Below are positions 19,163 to 28,645 of a DNA stretch of 63,202 nucleotides, one piece after another; position 1 is the first letter of the stretch, and each line of letters begins with the position of its first letter. The notes beneath the pieces were generated by a model that did not search any database, was not told the DNA's origin, and saw only the letters and a list, made by a program, of their open reading frames with translations. Made by a program: the position numbers and the translations under genes. Source of the DNA: a virus (lineage: Duplodnaviria; Caudoviricetes); the IMG/VR virus record IMGVR_UViG_3300010222_000004, positions 1-63,202 of that record. One strand, given 5' to 3'.

Positions 19163-19498
19163 GTGAGTGAAGCCACCGACGGCGATGCGCGGTTGCATGA
19201 GGAAGTCGCCAAGCTCCGAAAACGCATTACTCACCTCGAAAACGCTGTCGAGGAGCTTCGCGGTGGCGAGAGTGGTGGCAGAGGGACGTCAACCGACCCC
19301 CGAGACGCGGCCGTCCTCGAACGTCTTGACCCGCCGGAAAAAGTCGGGCGAGGGAAACTTGAGCAGCTCTACCGAGCGGAGACGGATGTCCGAAACAAGA
19401 ACACACTCAAAGGACGGATTAAGAATCTCACCGCCCGAGAGGACTTTGAGAACGCGAGTCCGGGCGTGTGGATCTACTGGGGTGACGTCGATGAGTAA
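19163..19498 (+). CDS. Coiled-coil + winged-helix-like protein
   Basis: N-terminal heptads, C-terminal wHTH-like segment. Confidence 0.6.
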   Translation: MSEATDGDARLHEEVAKLRKRITHLENAVEELRGGESGGRGTSTDPRDAAVLERLDPPEKVGRGKLEQLYRAETDVRNKNTLKGRIKNLTAREDFENASPGVWIYWGDVDE

Positions 19499-19976
19499 GC
19501 AGCGGAAAAACATCACCGTTGATCCAGCCGTTGCCGAAGCGATCGACGCGTCCAACGAGAATTTCAGCGACCTCGTCAACCGCTGGGCGAAGGCGTATTT
19601 CGTCGACGACACCCAGCTCGTCGTTGAGCGGACGATGCTCAAGCAACTTATTGAGCGAAACAAGGACCTTGAGCAACGCCTTCACGAGCAGATCAGTGCC
19701 GAGGCCGAAGCGAGTCGGGCGGAGTTAGAAACAGCGCTGTCTAGAGTTGAGGATAAGTTTGAAGGCGAGGCAATGGAAACATCGTATATCGACGTGAGTG
19801 ACGAAGAAATTCGCGCCGAGGCCGCTGACCTTACCGGGACTCCTGCCGAGTCGGATAACCCGGCAATCTGTAACAAGGCCCGGAACGTCGGCGTCACGCC
19901 TGGCGAGTTCATTTCGTTACTCGACGATAACGGCCTGCTTTCTGACGGCCGGGTGTCCCCGGAGGTGGACGGGTGA
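19491..19976 (+). CDS. RHH-like DNA-binding protein with coiled coil
   Basis: KQRKNITVDPAVAEAIDASNENFSDLVNRW. Confidence 0.65.
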   Translation: MSKQRKNITVDPAVAEAIDASNENFSDLVNRWAKAYFVDDTQLVVERTMLKQLIERNKDLEQRLHEQISAEAEASRAELETALSRVEDKFEGEAMETSYIDVSDEEIRAEAADLTGTPAESDNPAICNKARNVGVTPGEFISLLDDNGLLSDGRVSPEVDG

Positions 19977-20146
19977 ATATGTACACACACACGAGGCGCC
20001 GAGTGTATACACACGATGTAGCCCGCCGGCACCCCCGCAGAAACCGCGGCGACAGCCCCCTTCCTCTACGATTTTCTCTTTTCGCAGGGTCCGTGTGTAT
20101 GTACACACGAAGGATGTGTACATACACACGAACTCACTCACTACAC
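19977..20146. repeat. TACACAC/GTGTA iteron cluster
   Basis: GTACACACACACG, GTGTATACACACG, GTGTGTATGTACACACG, GTGTACATACACACG. Confidence 0.7.
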
Positions 20147-20391
20147 TCTCACGTCTAGCAGCAAGCAGCATATAGAAAGATGCTTTACCAGCGGCTCCTA
20201 CTGCGAGCGTGCGCTTCTCTCTTGGCCTCTCCGTGATATAAAGGTTACGTCGGTGTGGAACTAGACCCGTCACGTCGTGCGAATGTTCTTATCCTACCAC
20301 TCCATCAGTACCGGCAACGCGATCCCCGGCGTCCGTCACAGTGCCGCGTGGATTCGTCCACGAAGCGCGGTTGCTCTCCTCCTAGTTTCAC

Positions 20392-20955
20392 ATGTCCACA
20401 ACACCCCAGTCAGCCACGGCCAGCGCCACGGCCTCGTCAACGATCCCCGCCATCTACGACGGCGACGACCGCATTCCGCCGTCGGAGCTCTTCGATGAGT
20501 TCGTGTTTTATTCGAGCGAGTGGTGTTCGGCCTGTTTCGCTCGCATTCGCGACGTTGATCGGATGCCGGTCGACCACGATCATCTGGGCACCAATGCCAA
20601 CGCCCCGACGGAGACGCGGACGCGTCGGGGGGACGGGACGCTGGGCTACGATTTCGACGAACACGACGCCTACGGTCACAAGCGATCGTATCACCCACAG
20701 ACCTACTGTGGGGCCTGCGGCGCGAACGGCGGCCGCGCCCCGGAGCTGACGCTCTCGAAACGCGCGGCGGTTGCCCGCTGCGACCAGCTCGTCGACTGTC
20801 TCCTCGCCCAGGGCGTGCCGGTCAACCGCCCCGCGCTCAAGCACATCGTCGCCGAAGCGAAGGAACGCGACAGTCTGGCCGGCGCGGATCACGAGATCTA
20901 CGCCCGTGGCGTCGCGTTCGCCCGTCGCGTCTTCTGCCGGCAGCGAGACGAGTAG
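20392..20955 (+). CDS. Zn-finger hypothetical protein
   Basis: CSAC...YCGACG. Confidence 0.7.
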   Translation: MSTTPQSATASATASSTIPAIYDGDDRIPPSELFDEFVFYSSEWCSACFARIRDVDRMPVDHDHLGTNANAPTETRTRRGDGTLGYDFDEHDAYGHKRSYHPQTYCGACGANGGRAPELTLSKRAAVARCDQLVDCLLAQGVPVNRPALKHIVAEAKERDSLAGADHEIYARGVAFARRVFCRQRDE

Positions 20956-20969
20956 CGGTTTCGAGTCCC

Positions 20970-21149
20970 ATGAGCACCACCGAGCAGACGTGGTTCACGA
21001 GCCCGCAGGGCACCCTCGTCCGCGGTGACGTGATCAACCGCGAGACGGTCGCGAGCGCCCGCGATGGCGTGCGCGAGCAACTCACGATTGAGCACCGCGG
21101 CGCCCGCTTCCGCGTCGAGCGCCCCCTCGGCTCGCCCACCGAGTCGTAA
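20970..21149 (+). CDS. Small hypothetical protein
   Basis: MSTTEQTWF (59 aa); stop lies in palindrome C. Confidence 0.5.
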   Translation: MSTTEQTWFTSPQGTLVRGDVINRETVASARDGVREQLTIEHRGARFRVERPLGSPTES

Positions 21150-21187
21150 CCAACACTCGGCGCCGTCGCCCACCGAGTGTTGGTTAA
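21146..21187. repeat. TAACCAACA/TGTTGGTTA palindrome copy C (22-nt spacer)
   Basis: TAACCAACACTCGG...CCGAGTGTTGGTTA perfect 14-bp inverted repeat. Confidence 0.85.
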
Positions 21188-21229
21188 ACTCTCATTGGGG
21201 CGGCACCCCCACTCGCGGTACATCTATGA

Positions 21230-21436
21230 ATGAGCCCACCCTCCGCAGACGACCCGCCGGACAGACCCAACCCAGCAGACAAGCGCACCCGCGTCGCGTT
21301 CGCCGCGGGGCTCTTTTTGCTCCTCGCGTTCATGATTATTGCTGGGTATCAGGACCCGGAGTACTCCGCAACCGTCGCGATCGCCGGCGCCCTCATTTCC
21401 GGGATCCTGGGGCTGCTCGCGACGGGGAAACTCTGA
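21230..21436 (+). CDS. Small 2-TM membrane protein (holin-like candidate)
   Basis: Two hydrophobic helices. Confidence 0.6.
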   Translation: MSPPSADDPPDRPNPADKRTRVAFAAGLFLLLAFMIIAGYQDPEYSATVAIAGALISGILGLLATGKL

Positions 21437-21452
21437 TCGCGAGGTGTGTTTA

Positions 21453-21839
21453 ATGCCACCCGCCACTTCGGCGCTGCAAACCTCGATGTTCGACAGCGCC
21501 TACGCGCCAATCTCGGACTTGCTGTTTTTCATGCTGTTCGTCGTCGGGCTCCTCTCACTCGCGACGATGGTCTATCTGCGCTGGTTCTCGGCGGCGAACT
21601 ACGCCGATCTCACGCTGGCCGCCTACACGTATGTCGCGATGCTGTTTTTCGTCTTCGCAGCCGGCGGGTTCTACTTCAACGTCCTCCTGTACGGCGCGAT
21701 CTGGGTTGTTGGCGTCCTTCTGGTCGGCGTCGCGTACGGCGCCGTCACGGGCTTCGTGCTGTTTGCCCAGGCCGACTCCATCCGCATCCGTCTGCCGCCC
21801 GACGCCGACCCCGACCGTGACGAGTCCGAGCCCAAGTAA
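21453..21839 (+). CDS. 3-TM membrane protein
   Basis: Three hydrophobic helices; GAGGTG RBS. Confidence 0.65.
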   Translation: MPPATSALQTSMFDSAYAPISDLLFFMLFVVGLLSLATMVYLRWFSAANYADLTLAAYTYVAMLFFVFAAGGFYFNVLLYGAIWVVGVLLVGVAYGAVTGFVLFAQADSIRIRLPPDADPDRDESEPK

Positions 21840-21968
21840 TGTCACGAGAGCCCACCCGTTCGGAGCCCACCGACGACGAAGACTGGGGGGTTGCCTACTG
21901 TCGTGGCTGTCGCGTCCGCTTTCTCGTCCCCGATCCACGGGCCGACTTCCGTTGTTCGGAGTGTGCCA

Positions 21969-22556
21969 ATGGCCGAGACTAGCGACGACGCCGACATCTG
22001 CGGCGCCGAACTACGGAAGAGCGACGACGTCTGCTCGCGGCCCGCCGGTGCCGGTCGCCCTGTCGACTCGGGGCCCTGCTGGCAACACGTCGGCCGCACC
22101 CAGCGCGCCTCGGACGCCGCCCGCCTGCTCCCGCGGCTGTTCTCGGCGGTCCTCTCGCGGACGGCTTCCGAGCGCGCCATCCGATTCGCCCGGCAGGCTG
22201 GTGCGGCTCGCGAGGGCGGGACGGGCCGCTCGGGCTTTTTGAGCTGGCATGCCGAAACGCACTCGCTGGGGATCGGCCTCGCGGCGGGGTTTTACTACGG
22301 CGCGACGGGCGATAAGCGCCTGATGGCGGCGATCGTCGGGATCGCCCTCGCTGCCGAACGCGGCCAGACGGCGCTTGATCCCAAGATCGCCGAGGACATC
22401 AGGCAAGAACCGCACTACGCACTTGCTGGCGTCGTCCCGGGCTACATGCTGGGCTTTCTCGCCACACATGGCTACCTCCCGGACCAGTTCCCGATCCCGG
22501 GCTCGAACGAGCTCGTCCGCTGGCTGATCGTCAACGGCTGGCTGCTGCTCGGGTGA
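21969..22556 (+). CDS. Membrane protein with N-terminal Zn-knuckle
   Basis: ICG...C.RPAGAG...GPCWQH then hydrophobic segments. Confidence 0.65.
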   Translation: MAETSDDADICGAELRKSDDVCSRPAGAGRPVDSGPCWQHVGRTQRASDAARLLPRLFSAVLSRTASERAIRFARQAGAAREGGTGRSGFLSWHAETHSLGIGLAAGFYYGATGDKRLMAAIVGIALAAERGQTALDPKIAEDIRQEPHYALAGVVPGYMLGFLATHGYLPDQFPIPGSNELVRWLIVNGWLLLG

Positions 22557-22605
22557 TGTGCCTCGACGCTGGACGTGCGCGCTCTGACGACGGTACCCAC
22601 GTCGA

Positions 22606-23043
22606 ATGAACCGGACGACGATCCGCGTGACGTTCCCGGACGTCGACCCCGTGGACGTCGTCGCGGCCTGCGAGCGATACGGCATCAAGGACTACACGAT
22701 CACCACCTCGCCTAATCAGACGGAGCTTGAGGCAGCCGTTCCGACGGCCGCCGCCGAAGAGGTCCTCACTGCGCTCAACTGGGGGTGCGGGCGGTTCAAT
22801 CTCGACGAGAAACGCCCGAGCGGCGCCCCCAGCGACATCGTCCCGGTCGACCGATCCGTTCTCTCACCGCGGCAGCGCGACACGCTCGCGGCGGCCGTCG
22901 AGCTGGGCTATTACGAGTGGCCGCGCGACACGGATTCGGCGGGCGTGGCCGACGAGCTGGGGGTCGCCCAGCCCACAGTGAGCAAGCACCGCCGCCGCGG
23001 CCACCAAAAACTCCTCACGCAACTGTTCCCGGACGACGCATAA
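22606..23043 (+). CDS. Bat-like (HTH_10) transcription regulator, possible late activator
   Basis: LSPRQRDTLAAAVELGYYEWPR...VADELGVAQPTVSKHRRRG. Confidence 0.85.
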   Translation: MNRTTIRVTFPDVDPVDVVAACERYGIKDYTITTSPNQTELEAAVPTAAAEEVLTALNWGCGRFNLDEKRPSGAPSDIVPVDRSVLSPRQRDTLAAAVELGYYEWPRDTDSAGVADELGVAQPTVSKHRRRGHQKLLTQLFPDDA

Positions 23044-23075
23044 CCCGGCAGTGACGCCGCAGCCACAGAATACCC

Positions 23076-23528
23076 ATGGCACTTCCCAATCACTTCAAGA
23101 CCGAATTGCTACAGACCATGCTTGGCAGCGCGACCATCAAGGTCGGACTGCTTGACACCGGTAGCGCCTACACCTTCGATCCGGCGACCGACGAGTTCGT
23201 CAGCGACCTGCCGACCGGGCAAGAGCCCGGTGACTCCTCCTACAGTCGCCAGACACTCGCGAACGTGACCATCACGCAGGACGACACGGACAACGAGGGC
23301 GTCCTCGACGCCGACGACGTGACGTTTCCGTCACTGTCGACGAGCAACGACATCCAGGCCATCTTCATCTACCGGCAGGTCGGCGGCGACGACACGACGC
23401 CCTCCGACGACGAGCTCGTCGCCGTCTACGACGACGATTCTGCCGGGAGCTTGGCGGACCTGCCCATCTCCACCAACGGGTCGGACCTGACGCTGTCCTT
23501 CGATGCCGAGGGCGTCGTCAATATCTGA
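23076..23528 (+). CDS. Putative virion structural protein
   Basis: IKVGLL...YSRQTL...LDADDVTF...LPISTNGSDLTL pattern of minor virion proteins. Confidence 0.65.
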   Translation: MALPNHFKTELLQTMLGSATIKVGLLDTGSAYTFDPATDEFVSDLPTGQEPGDSSYSRQTLANVTITQDDTDNEGVLDADDVTFPSLSTSNDIQAIFIYRQVGGDDTTPSDDELVAVYDDDSAGSLADLPISTNGSDLTLSFDAEGVVNI

Positions 23529-23533
23529 GCCCG

Positions 23534-23917
23534 ATGGCCGTCCACATGGTGCGCATTTTGTGCGGGCCCCAATCATCGTGGCCGCGAGCTGACGTCACCG
23601 CCGCCGTCGAGGGGTGGCTGTCCGAGCAAGCGGAGTGGACGGCCGACTCCGTTGACCACTCAATGACGGGCGTGGCGCCGCCGAGCGCAGATGCGGACTG
23701 GTGGCGGGGCGACTATCGGCTGACGTTCGACAGCGACCCGACGTCGATTTTGCTCCAGAAGCTTGAGGACACACTCGTGACCAATCCGGACTGGTATCGC
23801 ATCGGCTACCACGAGTGCGGGCACGACGAGGCCCTTCCCGGTCCCTGCTCGTGGGACGAACAGCGGGAGTGGACCGCCCCGGATGCGACGATCCTGTCGG
23901 AGGTGCCGACGTTCTAA
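23534..23917 (+). CDS. Hypothetical protein
   Basis: Acidic, Trp-rich ORF in operon. Confidence 0.6.
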   Translation: MAVHMVRILCGPQSSWPRADVTAAVEGWLSEQAEWTADSVDHSMTGVAPPSADADWWRGDYRLTFDSDPTSILLQKLEDTLVTNPDWYRIGYHECGHDEALPGPCSWDEQREWTAPDATILSEVPTF

Positions 23918-24708
23918 TGGCGACCTTCGGCGAGTCCGCCACAGCGGACTGGGACTCGGCGCAGGCTGCGACCGGGGTCCACCACGAGCACCCGACCGGC
24001 ACTGACTGGGCCGCTTCCGACACGGTCGAAAAGGGATATCCATCCGAGTGGTCGCAGTGGTCGATCTCGGCACCGTACGCCTATTATCCACTGGATGAGG
24101 ATTCGGGATCGACCGCGACCGACGTGATGGCCGCTGCGGATGGCACGATCACTGGTGCGACGGTCGGGCAGCCCGGTATCCTCGGGACGACGTGTTACTC
24201 CTTCGACGGCGTTGACGACAGGGTCGACGCAACGGTTGATGTCGACTCGTGGACCGAACTGACGGTGTGTGCGTGGATCCATGCGAACGATACGACCCAC
24301 CCGAAGGGGATCATCACGTGGGGCGAAGATGCCAGTTGGGGGGAGATCACGCTGTATCAAACGCAAAACTCAGCGCTCCGGTGGGGCGTCGGCGACGGCG
24401 GTGGCAGCAAACACGAACTCGAACTTGGTGGCGGCGGCACCAGACATAACGTGTGGGTGTTCGTCGCCGGAACCGTGCAGGAAAATGGGAGTATCACCCT
24501 CTACGTCGATGAAGCGAATGAGGGCTTCGACGGCTTCACGACGGCGTCGAGCACGTACCCGACAATGGGCAACCCCAGTTCGACGATGCAGATCGGGAAT
24601 TGGGTCCGCACGGGTGACACGATGGACGGTCGCGTCGACGACGTCCTGGTGTTTGATACCGAGTTGACGCGCAGTCAGCTGCGGGACATCATCGTCGCGG
24701 CACTCTAG
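23917..24708 (+). CDS. LamG-like (concanavalin A-type) jelly-roll protein
   Basis: YYPLDE..G...FDGVDD...TVCAW...ITLYVD...IG...GRVDDVLVFDTEL. Confidence 0.85.
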   Translation: MATFGESATADWDSAQAATGVHHEHPTGTDWAASDTVEKGYPSEWSQWSISAPYAYYPLDEDSGSTATDVMAAADGTITGATVGQPGILGTTCYSFDGVDDRVDATVDVDSWTELTVCAWIHANDTTHPKGIITWGEDASWGEITLYQTQNSALRWGVGDGGGSKHELELGGGGTRHNVWVFVAGTVQENGSITLYVDEANEGFDGFTTASSTYPTMGNPSSTMQIGNWVRTGDTMDGRVDDVLVFDTELTRSQLRDIIVAAL

Positions 24709-24712
24709 ACTC

Positions 24713-26266
24713 ATGACGTCGACCTACTGGACGTCGATATCGTCAGCGACGGGCGACAACGCGACCGTTGAGTTGACGACCACGACGACGATCCCGACCG
24801 GGACGGCCATCACGGTCACGCTCTTCCAGGACGACGGGGCGAACGGCACCGACGACACTGGCACCGGGAAGACCGACGCGCTGGGCAACGCGTATGACTA
24901 CAGCGCGAGCGTCACGCTGGCGGGCGGGAGCGGCGAGACGAACTCACTCTCCAGTTTCGACGGCGACGGCAGCACGGACGACTGGTGGCTCAAGCTCGAA
25001 CTCGCGGGCGATGGGAGCGACCCCACACTGGATAGCCCGACGCTCACGTCGTACACGGTCGACACGGCCCCCGGGACGGCGGGCCAGACGGTCAGCGTCC
25101 CCACGTCACAGAGCGGGACCACTGCCAGCCCTGCGCCGACCGTCACCGCCAGCGGGACGGCGACCGTCGCCACGCCCACCGCAGCGGCCACGCCCGCGAG
25201 CCCGGCCCCAACGCTCGCCGGCACCGGCACTGCCACGGTCAGCCCCAGCGTCTCACCGGCGGCCCCGCAGGCACCCAGCCCCAGCGTCACCGCCAGTGGC
25301 GCGGCGACCGTCACCACGCCCGTCTCGACGACGAGTGCGACGACGCCCACTCCGACTGTTGCCGCCAGCGGGACGGCGACGGTGACCACGCCCGTCTCGA
25401 CGACGAGTACGACGACGCCCGCTCCGACCGTCTCCGGGGCCGGTGCGGCAAGCGTTACGACGCCGACGAGTGCGACGACGAGTGCGACGACCCCGCTTCC
25501 GACCGTCACCGGGGCTGGTGCGGCGAGCGTTACGGTGTCGCCGAGCGTCACGACGGCAACGACGCCCGCCCCCAGCGTCACGACCACCGGCGCGACCGTC
25601 AACGCTCCCGTTTCGGCCACGACCGCCATCACACCATCCCCGACCGTCTCGGGGAGTGGGGCGACGAGCGTGTCGGCACCGCCGGGCGTTACGACGACAA
25701 CGACGCCCGCTCCCAGCGTCACGACCGCCGGTACAACCGTCACCACGCCCGTCTCGACGACGAGTGCGACGGCGCCGTTCCCGGCCGTGTCCGGGACTGG
25801 CGCGGCAAGCGTTACGACGCCGCCGAGCGTCACGACGACAACGACGCCCGCTCTCAGCGTCACGACCACCGGCGCGACGGTCACCACGCCCGTCTCGACG
25901 ACGACCGCCATCACACCATCCCCGACCGTCTCGGGGAGTGGGGCGGCAAGCGTGTCGGCGCCCGTCCCCGTTGGGACGGCGAGCACCCCGGCTCCCACCG
26001 TCTCCGGCACGGGAAGTGCGACCGTCGGCTCGCCCGTCTCCGTCACGAGCGCCACGACGCCGCTGCCCACGGCGACCGGCACGGCGAGCGCGACCGTCGC
26101 GACACCGACGAGCACCACGAGTGCGGCCACGCCCACCCCGTCGCTCGCCCTCGGGAGTTTCGCCACGGTCACGCGCACTGCTGCTCGAACCCTCGCGTGG
26201 GGTGCGTCGGTACAGCGCACCCTGGGCTGGGACGTGACCGTCTCGCGGACGCTCTCTCTTGATTAA
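24713..26266 (+). CDS. Thr/Ser/Pro-rich repetitive fibre/adhesin
   Basis: About 23-aa repeats TVxTPVSTTxATTPxPTVxGxG; 141-nt higher-order period. Confidence 0.75.
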   Translation: MTSTYWTSISSATGDNATVELTTTTTIPTGTAITVTLFQDDGANGTDDTGTGKTDALGNAYDYSASVTLAGGSGETNSLSSFDGDGSTDDWWLKLELAGDGSDPTLDSPTLTSYTVDTAPGTAGQTVSVPTSQSGTTASPAPTVTASGTATVATPTAAATPASPAPTLAGTGTATVSPSVSPAAPQAPSPSVTASGAATVTTPVSTTSATTPTPTVAASGTATVTTPVSTTSTTTPAPTVSGAGAASVTTPTSATTSATTPLPTVTGAGAASVTVSPSVTTATTPAPSVTTTGATVNAPVSATTAITPSPTVSGSGATSVSAPPGVTTTTTPAPSVTTAGTTVTTPVSTTSATAPFPAVSGTGAASVTTPPSVTTTTTPALSVTTTGATVTTPVSTTTAITPSPTVSGSGAASVSAPVPVGTASTPAPTVSGTGSATVGSPVSVTSATTPLPTATGTASATVATPTSTTSAATPTPSLALGSFATVTRTAARTLAWGASVQRTLGWDVTVSRTLSLD

Positions 26267-26268
26267 CT

Positions 26269-26616
26269 ATGCCCCACCGGATCGACCCCTACAACCACCA
26301 CCTCGCCGGCGAGACGCTCGTCTGGGAGCATACGGTCGAAGAGGACGGGAGCGCGAAGGACCTCTCGGGCGCTTCGGTGAACTACTATCTCCTCGCAGAG
26401 CAGGGCGACGCCAACGACGACGCCCTCTTGGACGACTCGGACGCCGACATCACGGCGGCGATCGTCGACGCCGCGAACGGCCGCATCGACGTCACGTTTG
26501 CGAGTGGCGCCACCGACCCCTACGCCGGTCAGTCACTCTGGCAGCGCCTCATCGTCGACGACGCCGCCGGCGACCGAAGCATCTGGCACGGCCCGCTGTA
26601 CGTGGCCCGGCCCTAA
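26269..26616 (+). CDS. BppU-N-like adaptor protein
   Basis: DLSGASV...IVDAANGRIDV; similar to 37870-38214. Confidence 0.6.
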   Translation: MPHRIDPYNHHLAGETLVWEHTVEEDGSAKDLSGASVNYYLLAEQGDANDDALLDDSDADITAAIVDAANGRIDVTFASGATDPYAGQSLWQRLIVDDAAGDRSIWHGPLYVARP

Positions 26617-26617
26617 C

Positions 26618-27004
26618 ATGGTGGTCAAGCACACCTTCGACGGCGACTCGTGGGAGTTCCCTGGCCGCCTCGCTGCCAACGGCGTCGTCGACGGCGACAC
26701 GATCGATGTCGTCCTCGATCTGGGATTCAACACCTGCAAGACGACCCGCCTCCGGCTGTTCGGCGTTGACGCGGGCGAAACCTACGGCGTGTCGCAGGAG
26801 TCCGACGAATATCAGCGCGGCCAAGAGCACGCCGCGTTCGTCGCGGCGTGGCTCCGCGACGCCGACGACGGCTCGGACTGGCCGCTCAACGTCACGACAC
26901 TGAAAGAGGCGGGCAAATACGGCCGCTGGGTATCAATAGTTCACCGGCGAACGGACGGCGAGTCACTCACGTCGGCCCTGATCGACGAGTTCGACGATGT
27001 CTGA
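26618..27004 (+). CDS. Thermonuclease (SNase-like) family protein
   Basis: VVDGDTIDV...RLRLFGVDAGE...GKYGRW. Confidence 0.85.
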   Translation: MVVKHTFDGDSWEFPGRLAANGVVDGDTIDVVLDLGFNTCKTTRLRLFGVDAGETYGVSQESDEYQRGQEHAAFVAAWLRDADDGSDWPLNVTTLKEAGKYGRWVSIVHRRTDGESLTSALIDEFDDV

Positions 27005-27185
27005 GTCGGATCCCTACGGCGGGCCGCCGGGCGCCCCGGCGACGACCCTCTCCGCCCCCAAGGCCGCGATCGTGCTGGCGTCGTTCCGGAACGACACGCA
27101 GACGATCATCTACGATCCGGATCCGGACTGCGACGAGGGGCGCTGGATCGCGTCGACCGCCGCGACCGACCTGCCGATTCGATAG
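26997..27185 (+). CDS. Small hypothetical protein
   Basis: TIIYDP...WIAS. Confidence 0.5.
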   Translation: MSESDPYGGPPGAPATTLSAPKAAIVLASFRNDTQTIIYDPDPDCDEGRWIASTAATDLPIR

Positions 27186-27197
27186 AGTATCACACTA

Positions 27198-28508
27198 ATG
27201 CGCGAGCCATACCCCGACGCGTCGACGATCGACGCCCAGACGACGCCGTTCGACGCCGTCAAAACCGCCGCCCAGGGGGCCCAGTTTGCGATCGACCCAT
27301 CGCAGGGCCTGACCCGCACCCGCTATGGCTGGTACAGTAATGGCGCGCTGTTCGACGACGCGCTGGTCAGCGCCGCCCCGGGAGAGATCACACTCGCGAC
27401 GACGGCAACCGTGTCGGACGCCGCCCGCATTCGGTCGGCCTTTGCCGGCCAGTACGTCTCTCAGGCGGTCGCCCAGCCCGGGCTGCGGGTGGCCGTCGAC
27501 GACGCCAACGTCACGTTCACCGACGGCCAGGCGGCGCTCTCGCATGGCGCCATCTATTGCGGCGCGTTCTGGTGGGACGGGGCGGCCGCGCAGGTCGACA
27601 CGGGGATCGGACTCCGGCTCGACGCCAGTGGCCTCGCGGCGATCTGGAAATCCGACGGCTCGCACTACGGTGCCTCGCCGGTCCCCCAGTCGGACTGGTC
27701 GACGGACCGCCTCGACGGCGGTCGGGACCGCAACCCCTCGGGCATCCGGCTGGATCCGTCCGACGGCTGGATCTACAACTTCCCGTTCACGTGGTATAAC
27801 GCGGGCCGGCTCGCCGTCGGCGTCGTCGACCCCGCCACCGATAAGTTACACATCGCCCACGAGTTCGTCCCGCGCGAGGCCGAGCCGGGGGCGCCGAGCC
27901 TGTCGACGGCCAACCTCCCGGTGCAGGTGGCCGTCCGCAACGACGGGACGGCCGATCCCCTCGAAGCGCGCCTCGGCGGGATGCAATACTCGCTGTATGG
28001 CGGCCAGGGCGCCCTTGAGCAGCGGGATACGTACGCCGCGGCCGACGCCGTGGCCGTGACGACCGACACGCCGAGCCCGCCGGACCCGATTGCGACGCCG
28101 GGCGACCCGCTGTATGCCGTCCGCCGCGAGCCCGGCGCCGACGACATGGAACTGTCACTGCGGGAGTTCGCCGCGACGCCCGATGGCGGCGACATCACGA
28201 TCACGCTCTGGGACGAGTTCGACCCCGCGACGGCGCTGACCGATGAGGCCTTCGAGCCGACCTTCCGCGCGAACAGTACGGAAACGAAAACGGAGTTCGA
28301 CCGCTCGGCGACCGCCTACTCGCCGGCGACGGCGGCCTTCCGCGGGCTGCGCCCCGTCGACTCGGGCGCGGTCAACGAGGACGTCGTTACACAGCTCGAC
28401 ATCGAGGAGCGCATCCCCATCGGCGCGGCCCGGGTCGTAGCCGCGACCGATGACGACAGCACCGGCCCGACCGTCGACTACGTCGCGACGACGGTTGAGG
28501 GCTACTGA
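27198..28508 (+). CDS. Putative virion protein (beta-rich)
   Basis: Long acidic ORF in structural operon. Confidence 0.65.
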   Translation: MREPYPDASTIDAQTTPFDAVKTAAQGAQFAIDPSQGLTRTRYGWYSNGALFDDALVSAAPGEITLATTATVSDAARIRSAFAGQYVSQAVAQPGLRVAVDDANVTFTDGQAALSHGAIYCGAFWWDGAAAQVDTGIGLRLDASGLAAIWKSDGSHYGASPVPQSDWSTDRLDGGRDRNPSGIRLDPSDGWIYNFPFTWYNAGRLAVGVVDPATDKLHIAHEFVPREAEPGAPSLSTANLPVQVAVRNDGTADPLEARLGGMQYSLYGGQGALEQRDTYAAADAVAVTTDTPSPPDPIATPGDPLYAVRREPGADDMELSLREFAATPDGGDITITLWDEFDPATALTDEAFEPTFRANSTETKTEFDRSATAYSPATAAFRGLRPVDSGAVNEDVVTQLDIEERIPIGAARVVAATDDDSTGPTVDYVATTVEGY

Positions 28509-28525
28509 CCGCACCCCCGACAGCC

Positions 28526-28642
28526 ATGATGACACTGGCACTCGCAACGCCCTGCGCCATCACAGCCTTTGGTGTGTTCGCCGCCGGCTACGTGTTCGCC
28601 GTCGGGACGCTGCTGACGCTGTTGTGGCTTGGCCGCTCCTAA
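28526..28642 (+). CDS. Small single-TM protein
   Basis: MMTLALATPCAITAFGVFAAGYVFAVGTLLTLLWLGRS. Confidence 0.4.
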   Translation: MMTLALATPCAITAFGVFAAGYVFAVGTLLTLLWLGRS

Positions 28643-28645
28643 TTC

